NCBI GenBank assembly: GCA_951406725.2
Contig: OX597816.1
Span: forward strand, 57,412,001 to 57,476,000
Direction of reading: 5' to 3'
DNA length: 64,000 nt
Source of the DNA: Octopus vulgaris
Lineage: Eukaryota
Made by a program: the position numbers and the translations under genes. Every line of letters begins with the position of its first letter. The stretch's first letter is position 1. The notes under the pieces are model-generated. The model saw only the letters and a list, made by a program, of their open reading frames with translations. It was not told where the DNA came from and did no database searches. Positions 54,885 through 64,000 of the stretch are shown here, in pieces.

Positions 54885-55075
54885 ATACCCATCTCTCTTC
54901 AACATTATCCCATCACAAATCAAACAAGCAAAAGATCCCCATCACCTTCAAACAAAACCTGGACAAATTCCTTTAAAGAATACTCGAATGGACCATGATA
55001 CCACAAAATGTGACCTAAAAATGACTTTATAGACCTTATCAAATGGTGTTATGAATGGCCTGAGCCAATCTTTCA
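54885..55075 (+). mobile_element. Old CR1-type LINE 3' fragment
   Basis: PSLFNIIPSQIK...TFKQNLDKFL across a frameshift; compare PQLFNILPKNLR...VFKMKLDLFL in the intact ORF2. Confidence 0.55.
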
Positions 55076-55989
55076 CCAGAACATATCCAAGTTATTACCA
55101 AAGATATCTTCAACCAAACAGTAAGCTACTGAAGGGTATATTGCTATTACTAGACATCCAGGTAGTGGACACTGGTCAAGCTACCCAGATGGTGTGTTCA
55201 AGGTAGCTGGCATTGGTCAAACCACTACAAGCACAATATCTCAGTCAGGTTTTAACCATTGGTCAAACAGTTTTGTAAATTTTTTTTTTTTTTTTTTTCA
55301 TGGAGACTGGAAAAAATGTTTTGGGTCCTTTGGCTAGAAAGCAAGAACATAGGCAAAAATGGTACCATTTTCTCGCTCTATTTTCTCACTTTCAGACAAA
55401 GGACAAGAGTGAAAAATGCTACATTCTTCACAACATGGCAAGTGATCTTATCAAACTCTACTACAGACTCTCTTTTAGTTTTTTCATTAACATACCAACC
55501 AGTTTTCACTTGTAAAATGTAAGACATCTACATTTGTGGTACCGACCAGTTTTCGTTCTTAATACTCGAAATAACCTGCTAAAATTTTAGCATCAGTATT
55601 TTCAGTGTACATTTAATCTCAACTTCTTGCTTCATTAATTAAGCTCATTCAATTAATCCTTTAGACTTCCCCTTCACTTTTTGCTACTCTGAACTTTACC
55701 TGTAGGTGGACATGACCATCAGGCCAGTCAAGTCTCAATTATAACTTGCTTGGATTTCCTATGTGCCGATAAGTGAAACTTAGAGTAGCAAGACTGACTT
55801 AACCAAAGTAAGATATACATACATGTGTGCGTACACATGCATGCACGCACAGAGGAAGCTATAGGATGTTGCACAAACACTCAGTGTTGGGTGCACTGTT
55901 TTTATTAATCGAAACAGCTGTAAGCAAGAGAAAGTCAATTACATGATTTCTGTTCCCCTTGTTTAGTATACACACACACACACATATAC

Positions 55990-56143
55990 ATACATCTCTA
56001 ATAATAGTTTGTCTCATCACCATATGACTTTAAGTTTCGTGGATGCATTGGGCATATTTGTCTCATCAGAGTCTAGCATCTGATGAGATTATCCCATGAA
56101 ACTTTCAGTTTATGTGGTGCTGTTATTAAAGATATATGTAACT
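55990..56143. mobile_element. Palindromic head-to-head hammerhead relic (copy 3)
   Basis: TCTCATCAGA (56061-56070) and TCTGATGAGA (56079-56088). Minus strand: CUGAUGA...GAAA-CUUAAAG-UC. Plus strand: CUGAUGA...GAAA-CUUUCAG-UU. Both arms end in TTATTA(A/G)AGAT(A/G)TATGTA. Confidence 0.65.
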
Positions 56144-56271
56144 CCTGCTCCTTTCTTTTGTTTCTTCGCTCACTTACTTCACATTAGGAAGGGCATCCAA
56201 CCAAAAACAGACAGGAGAATTTGGTGTGGTCCTCTGGCTTGCCTATATAGAAAACAAACGTTAAATATACT

Positions 56272-56505
56272 TATTTCTTTATTGTCCACGAGGGGCTAAA
56301 CATAGAGGGGACAAACAAGGACAGACATAGGTATTAAGTCGATTACATCGACCCCAATGCATAACTGGTACTTAATTTACCGACCCCGAAAGGATGAAAG
56401 GCAAAGTCAACCTCGGAGGAATTTGAACTCACAACGTAACGGCAGACGAAATACCGCTAAGCATTTCGCCTGACGTGCTAACGATTCTGCCAGCTCGCCG
56501 CCTTT
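56272..56505 (-). mobile_element. SINE family A monomer (tail A) with 15-bp TSD
   Basis: AACGTTAAATATACT at 56257-56271 and 56506-56520. Confidence 0.92.
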
Positions 56506-56723
56506 AACGTTAAATATACTGTCATCCTTTAATTATCACGGGTGTTATGCTGCGAAAACTCCCACAGAAATAATTAAAATCTAAATAAATATAAATACCT
56601 ATCGGCCACAGAAACCAGGATATACTCAAGAGTTCAGAAAATAAATTTACATATATTAGCCAGGAAAATCCACAATGTATTGAGTGCACTGTAGGTGAAC
56701 CACAATATGGCAAGGGATTATTG

Positions 56724-56798
<75 letters not shown>

Positions 56799-56859
56799 GC
56801 ACATATGAATGAATTTACATGCATAAAACTTGAAAATTTAATGTATCTCTCTCTCTCTC

Positions 56860-56949
<90 letters not shown>

Positions 56950-57846
56950 CCCAGTCCCACTTCATGTTGTAACTGACACTTCTATGACCACAATCTCGCA
57001 TATCATTGGATAATCTAACAATCTTTTTTCCCTTACTTCTCTACAATATTCGCTCACTTTTTCTACAAAAAGTTTCCATTAACCGAAAGCTCGTTTCTGT
57101 CCCATCACAGAAATTGGTAGGAAACCGTAGACTTTTTCAAAGCTTGGAACTTATTTTACATTACACACTAATCAACAATTTCCTTCATGTTATGTCACAT
57201 GCATCTGTGTGTAAGAGTGTGTGTGTGTGCAAGTGCATGGATGTATGGCTGCCACTGGTGAGTTTACTACTCCACGTAGAGTATCATCGTCCAGTCAGCT
57301 TCCTGTATGGTTAATTCTACACTTGGTAGTTTCATTAGTTATGACATAAAGAGCAAATGCAGGAAACAATATGATAAACACACAACGCTGTTTTTTTTAT
57401 CATTTGTTCCCCGTGCGTCTTTTGCCGTTGTGGCTCATTGCATCATCTCCAGTGGATGTTCGTAATGCAATAGATTGCAGATCTAAAAATTTGATCTGTG
57501 TCAACATAATATAAAAGAATGTATCTTTGAAGAAATGTTGTGGTTCTGCATTCAAATGCACTAAGAACACCCACTGCTAGCCACAATGTTGAAACATGTG
57601 TAGGGGACAAAAGGTAGAAACTGCATATCTTAACTTTTTCCTTTGTTTGTTCTACTTATATCTACACACACACACACACACACATAGATATATATGTATG
57701 TAAAGTAATTCCAAAGTTGTCAGCTATATCTAATGTAAAACTCAATAAGTTGGGTAGAAAGAATGGAATAGATAGGTAGATTTATTACATTAAAGATTTG
57801 ATCACCTTCAAATAAGTATATGTATATGTGTGTATATATGTGTATG

Positions 57847-57898
<52 letters not shown>

Positions 57899-57929
57899 TA
57901 TACACACATATACAAAGATAGAGGAGGTG

Positions 57930-58200
57930 TAGTATGGATGTAGAGAGACAGGAAATGCAAATTGTTGCATTAGTGGAAGAGGAATGTAAATAAGAAAGTC
58001 TCCACAGCATCATTGCGATCCAAACAGTGGGTGTTCTTGGTAAATCCTGCAGGGAACTGCAGTCCAATTCTGCTTGTATTTCGTAAAAATACCAAAAGAT
58101 CTAAGGTCAAATGAATGGGGTCAGATAGCAGTGAATAAAGCCTTTGGCATTTAAGTTCTCTTATAAACAACTCAGAACTGGTGCCGTTTACCATTTACTT
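57930..58200 (-). mobile_element. Highly decayed LINE RT fragment
   Basis: VNGTSSELF...DLL relic of the region around RT motif PQGS; heavily frameshifted. Confidence 0.4.
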
Positions 58201-58365
58201 TTAATACACCAAGATCAAGGTTTAATGTCAAAACTGGTTGCCCCTGGGGAAACAAATATATTTCACTAAAATAACTTTTGAAAAGGTTTTGGAACACATA
58301 TAACTATGTGTGTATATATGTGAGATGTATGTAATGTATTTATGTGTCTATGTGCTTATGTGTGT

Positions 58366-58396
<31 letters not shown>

Positions 58397-58402
58397 CGTG
58401 TG

Positions 58403-58438
<36 letters not shown>

Positions 58439-59158
58439 AATATTCATTCACAATTTTGCGTATGTGCATGTATGTAGATATGTAGATTTAGGTATGCACA
58501 TATGTGTCTGTAGAATGTTGTCTCATCTAAAGCTTAGCATATGAATGTGTGTGTGTTGTGTGTATGTGTGTGATAGAAGCATACATGGATGGCTATGGTA
58601 AGCGCAAACATCGCTGTGTGGTTAAGAAGTTTGCTTCCCAACCACGTGGTTTTGAATTCAATCCCACTGCATGGCACACCTTGGGCAAGTGTCTTCTACC
58701 TACCATAGAACATACATGACTGTTCGACATGCAAGTGAGTCTGTAAGAAGTCTGCACAAAATGCGAATGAGTCTGCATAGGAGTTTGCTTTCAATCCAAT
58801 GAATGTTTGGTGCATGCAGCTTTGTGGCAGATTATCCATTCCATTGCTATTTCAAATTTGTTACATCTGTTTTTTGGGGGGGTTTCGTGTTTTTGCAACG
58901 ACATGTAGGGTTATGCTCAAATGAACAAATAGATGTAGAAAACTGTAGGTACAGGGCGAGACATTAGTTTCAAAAGAACACACACACACACACAAACATA
59001 ATTTCATACTGTTATCTATTTTTTTGATATTTACATGATATAACACCTTTACATTTGATGTAAGTTGTTAAAAAACATTTCATTTCTAAAAATGAAGTCA
59101 GTAGTTTGTAAAATAATAATTTTCATAACGGCTTCTTTCTGGTAGTTATTCAATTGTA

Positions 59159-59192
<34 letters not shown>

Positions 59193-59514
59193 CATACATC
59201 TGCATATGAATATATTTATACATGTATATGTGTGCATGTATGTACATAGGTACCATCATCATTTAATGACTGCATTCCGTACTGGCATTCCAGTTTGACT
59301 GGATCTGACAGGTTCAAGAACTGCATCATATTCCAATGTCTGCTGTGGAATAATATCTATGGTTCCATGCCATTCCTAATGCCAACCACTTTATAGAGTG
59401 TAGGGGGCGCTTTTTTCTGTGACACCAGCACAAATGAGGTCGTCACACAGCTTGCTAGGTATGGATGTATATGTGTGTGTATACATACATACATACATAC
59501 ATATATATATATAT

Positions 59515-59798
59515 CTCGGGCAGTTTGCCAGCCTCGCCTGGACCCTGTGCCGGTGGCACGTAAAAAGCACCATCTGATCGTGGCCGTTGCCAGCCCCATC
59601 TGGCACCCGTGCCGGTGGCACGTAAAAAGCACCCACAACACTCACGGAGTGGTTGGCATTAGGAAGGACATCCAGGTGTAGAAACATTGCCAGATCAGAC
59701 TGGGCCTGGTGCAGCCTTCTGGCTTCCCAGACCCCAGTTGAACCGTCCAACCCATGCTAGCATGGAAAGCGGACACTAAATGATGATGATGATGATGA

Positions 59799-59801
<3 letters not shown>
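59515..59801 (+). mobile_element. Repeat family D with (GAT)n tail; other copies 18618-18700 (-), 29855-29975 (+), 32988-33140 (-), 51170-51330 (+), 59255-59440 (-), 61075-61250 (-), 62060-62420 (-)
   Basis: GGTTGGCATTAGGAAGG.CATCCAG.TGTAGAAAC...CCAACCCATGCTAGCATGGAAAGCGGAC..TAAA(TGA)n, with internally repeated hairpins GTGCC-GGT-GGCAC. Confidence 0.85.
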
Positions 59802-59834
<33 letters not shown>

Positions 59835-60204
59835 TATGTATACATGAAGTATGTTATGAATGAGAGATCAATGAAAATTCTTTAAAACATTTTCCCCTCT
59901 CGGTATCTGCTGCTGTCACATGCTCTGCTGCTGCTGTTGCACATTATTATTTCACCATCTCTTTGCACGTAAACTATTTAAGCCATTTTGTTCTCTCACC
60001 TGCCATTCATATAGTGATGTGGATGTTAGCACTAATAATGCAGTGATGTCGGGGTCAAAATAATTTTAGATTTATAAATATTATACTTGTAAGGGTAAAG
60101 GTAATGTTAATTATTAATTTTGAGAAAGACAGGGGAGACAACCTTGATAACAAAATTTATTAAAAATACAGAAAGGAATTAAGTTTTTCATAGCTATGGC
60201 CATG

Positions 60205-60249
60205 ATACTAGACATGTTTCTGTCATGTTAGACCTCCTCAGCAATGTAT
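60205..60249 (-). ncRNA. Minimal type I hammerhead motif (Penelope-type)
   Basis: Minus strand reads AUACAUUG-CUGAGGA-GGUC(UAACAU)GACA-GAAA-CAUG-UC-UAGUAU, with a palindromic CAUG loop III, a GUC triplet and AATAAA downstream. Confidence 0.65.
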
Positions 60250-60461
60250 ATTTTCCCTAGTGCTGATGCCTGGTCTTAGATAAATATGTCTTATTTCACT
60301 GCATTATGTTAATACCACTTCGCTATTTGTTTTTCATACAGCAAGCACCCCTTGGTACTTTCCTCATTGCCATGTGCACAACTTGCTATAATATTATCGA
60401 CACATTCTGCATCTTGTAGCATTAAAATTGTGTATAAAACCTTCCCTTGTGCATGTTTTGT

Positions 60462-60502
<41 letters not shown>

Positions 60503-60528
60503 TGATAATATTTTGTTGCTGTTGTTAG

Positions 60529-60784
60529 TATCGTTGCTGTATTGTTAAACTGTCGTATGTCCAAATTTGGCCGAATGCATTTTTTTTTCAATATTTATTT
60601 TTGCTTGCAATAGCCAGTTCCTTTGGTCAAACTATCATATCTCCAGCTGTTTCAGATGCCAAGATATTAAAATTTGTCAAAGTGTAGTACAACGGTTTTG
60701 CTATTGAATGGTGACTCTATTTTTTTATTTTACTGAAAAAGCAATGCTTTGAACTTACGACACTTTTGCAAAATAGCAACGATA
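60529..60784. mobile_element. MITE with TA TSD and ~30-bp imperfect TIRs
   Basis: TA-TCGTTGCTGTATTGTTAAACTGTCGTATGT ... ACTTACGACACTTTTGCAAAATAGCAACGA-TA. Confidence 0.7.
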
Positions 60785-61576
60785 TGAAAATATTAATATT
60801 CTGTTTTGTTATCTAACATCATAAATATTTTGTTGAATGTTTTATTTTGAGACCATAGCTTGTTGTCTTGGATAAACTGATGTGAGAGTTGTTGTTGCTA
60901 TCTAACATTATAATAATGTTTGTTATTGTAGCATCTTTGATGTAATAATAATGTATTGTTATCACTTTGTAATGTTGCATGTTATAATGTACGACCAAAT
61001 ATGTTTTTGTTGTTTATCTGTGTTGTTTGTCTCTGCCATGTTGTATATTATATATGTATATACCTCCTCCTCATCACCACCGCATAACATCCATGTGCCA
61101 TGCTGGCATGGGTTGGATGGTTTTACAGGATCCAATGGGTTCAAGGACTACTTTGGCAGGGTTTCTATGGCTGGGTGCCCTTCTTAACACCGACCGCTTT
61201 ACAGAGTGTATCGGGTGCTTTTTTTTTTTTTTTTTTGGCACCAGCAAAGTATGGATCATGCAACTTGCAAGACTATGAACCCCCAAGGTTAATGCTAGGA
61301 GATGCAGAGTTAAAGTAGGAGAGAAGGGATCGGAGTAGAAGAGGTTTCTTGTTGTGGAGGGGTTACGTTGCTACTTGCATTTTAGGTGATCAGCATAGAG
61401 CAGGGAAGAGATAAAAATAGTGATGGTCGCACACCTGTGTAGAGCCCCAAGGTACAAGGTGAGTTGGAGTGGGTGGAGGAAGAAGAATTAAAAGTGTGGG
61501 TGGGTAGGGGTTGCAAGAGTATATGGGAGAGTAAGAGGTGGAGAGTGGGTGAAGGGATATGTATATGTAAGGTACC

Positions 61577-61955
61577 CAGGAGTGGCTATGTGATAAGAAG
61601 CTTGCTTCCCAATCACATAGTTCTGGGTTCATTCCCACTGCGTGGCATCTTGGGCAAGTGCCTTCTACTATAGCACCAGGCTAACCAAAGCCTTGTGAGT
61701 GGATTTGGTAGATGGAAACTGAAAGAAGCCTGTCATGTATATATATATATGTGTGTGTGTGTATTTATTATTTGTGTCTGTGTTTGTCCCCACCACCATC
61801 ACTTGACAACAGATGTTAGTATTCACTTAGCGGTTCAGCATAAGAGACTGATGGAATAAGTACTAGGCTTACAAAGAATAAATCCTGGGGCTGATTTGTT
61901 CGACTAAAGGTAGTGCTCCAACATGGCCACAGTCAAATGATTGAAACAAGTAAAT
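61577..61955 (+). mobile_element. SINE family B
   Basis: Family consensus, CpG-depleted. Confidence 0.88.
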
Positions 61956-62573
61956 GAATATATACACGTACATACATACACACACATGTAGATATATACA
62001 TACACACACAAACAGGGTGTCCCAAAAATGTATATACACACTAAATTAGTTTGAAGTTAGTCATCGTCGTAGTTTAACGCCCGCTTTCCATGCTGGCATG
62101 GTTTGGATGGCTTGACTGAGGACTGGTGAGCCAGAGGCCACACCAGGCTCCAATCTGTTCTGGCAAAGTTTCTACAGCTGGATACCCTTCCTAATGCCAA
62201 CCACTCCGACAGTGTAGTACTTTTATGTGCCACTGGCACGAAGGCTAGTCGGGCAGTACTGGCAACGACCATGCTCAAATAGTGCTTTTTACATGCCACC
62301 TGCACAGGAGCCAGTCTGGCAGCACTGACAATGACCATGTTCAAATGGTGTTTTTCACATGCCACCAGTACAGGTGCCAGTAAGGCGACGCTGGTAGCGA
62401 ATCATGCTCGAATGGTGTTTATTAAAATACATTTCCCTTTCAAGGTTTAATCGAATCTCCAAACAGGCTACAGTAGAAGACACTTGCCCAAGGTGCCATG
62501 CAGTAGGACTGAACCCATAACCATGTGTTTGGTAAGCAAGCTACTCCTTTACCTATATCCACACAGCCACTCC

Positions 62574-62612
<39 letters not shown>

Positions 62613-62708
62613 CAGGAAGGTTTACGAAAAGAAACAAAAGACGAAGGCAGGTGGAGTACAAACAAACAAATGTATTAGTATGGCGCTCATGAATAGAAAT
62701 AGAACAAG

Positions 62709-62746
62709 TCTTTTACGTTTCGAGCCTACGCTCTTCGCCAGAAAGA
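62709..62746 (-). ncRNA. Variant-core minimal hammerhead-like motif
   Basis: UCUUU-CUGGCGA-A-GAG(CGUAGG)CUC-GAAA-CG-UA-AAAGA; perfect 5-bp stem I but position 6 is G, not A. Confidence 0.5.
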
Positions 62747-63375
62747 TACACAGAAAAAAAAAACAGGGAGAGAAACAAGGAGAGAAAAAAATGTGTGTAG
62801 GAGCTAACGATCTATATATATATATATATAAAGATGGTGTGTGTAAGGTGCCATGTCCCATTGTCACACAAAACTACTTTGAATGTCAGATGCACAAAGA
62901 GACTTAACATATGATTTTGGGAAGGGTTTTTCATCTTTTTTTTTTATTGTATTTTGATCCTTTTGTTGATCTTTTTTCACTTCATGTTAAATAATATGAA
63001 ATGTCAGTGACTGTATCTCACAATACGCCACCATATCCTATGTTTATCGTCACTGGTAACCTTGCAGGGTCAAGCATAATATCCATTAAGACAGAAACAC
63101 ACAGACAGTGAGAGGATAGGGTAGCGACAGCTTCCAGGTGTTCGTTCACACAGAGTACTCTCCCCATCAATGACTGATGTGTGAAAGAGATAAGATCTTT
63201 TTGTATAATGTTTCTCTGACAGTCAGCAACGTTTTGGGTATAAAAACTACATTTTATAACTTTGAGCAGGTTTTAGAGAATGTCATTTTGATTAGTTCGC
63301 TCCGTTAATTTAATCGATTAATTAAATTAATAAAAACCCACAATAGCAGCCTTCTTCAGAAGCAAAAATAGCTTC

Positions 63376-63735
63376 TTTTATCTTTTACTTGTTTCAATCA
63401 CTGGACTGTGGCCATACTGGAGCACTGCATTGTAGGGTTTACTCAAACTGTGCTTATTTTCATGTCTGGTACTTATCCTATCAGTCTCTTTTGCCAAACT
63501 TTAAAATTATGGGGATGTAAACAAATGACTACTGGTTGTCAAGTTGATTGGGGTGAGAACAAATCACATACACGACAGGCTTCTGTACAGTTTCCATCTA
63601 CCAAATTCATGCACAAGGTATTAGTTCGACCAAGGGCAAAAGTAAAAAAACATTTACCCGAGGTACTAGATGGTGGGACCGAACCTGAAATCCCATGGTT
63701 GCCAACTGAGCTGCTTGACCACACAGCCAAGACTG
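63376..63735 (-). mobile_element. SINE family B (diverged), followed by a diverged SINE A at 63760-63925 (+)
   Basis: Family consensus. Confidence 0.8.
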
Positions 63736-64000
63736 TGTCTATAAAAACATCAGAAAAGATGGTGAACTGGCGGAATTGTTGCTGGATGCCGGACTAAACG
63801 CTTGGCAGCATTTCTTCAGGTTCCTTATCTTCTGAGTTCAAATGCTGCCTGGGTCAACATTGCCTTGCATCCCTTTCAGGGTCAATAAAATAAGTATCGC
63901 TGGCCTTGTGCTAACATTTAAAACCAGTGTTGAAGATATTAGAAAGCCTAGCTGTGAGAGAAAAATAAGATTGTAAAGAATTTCCTTTTGTATGTTTGAT

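Noticed and set aside
57400-57465. Degenerate hammerhead-like string (CTGGAGA...CAAAA) on the minus strand
   Set aside because: Core changes in both strands of the motif and no convincing stems.

Overview
Eukaryotic, AT-rich, microsatellite-saturated genomic DNA. The repeat landscape strongly suggests a coleoid cephalopod (Octopus-like); this is inference from recalled repeat families, not a search. The host gene is a + strand MEGF6-like multi-EGF gene with four small phase-1/phase-1 exons (40979-41116, 47511-47633, 49150-49272, 54390-54494). Everything else appears intronic or intergenic. The largest element is an apparently full-length, intact CR1/L2-group LINE (about 4550-10156) embedded in (TA)n. 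It has a 1.66 kb leader with 16 tandem monomers, an ORF1 with an unusual Myb/SANT(trihelix)-like N-terminus plus a CCCH finger, and an intact APE-RT ORF2. The window also holds fragments of RTE, Dong/R4, Tx1 and CR1/Zenon-like LINEs, at least four SINE-like families, several MITEs (one piggyBac-like MITE amplified to four tandem copies), and a Helentron-type HINE. It carries a set of Penelope-type hammerhead ribozyme motifs, including three palindromic head-to-head hammerhead relics. Most ORFs in the supplied track are microsatellite or repeat artefacts. Repeat boundaries were read by eye and are approximate.
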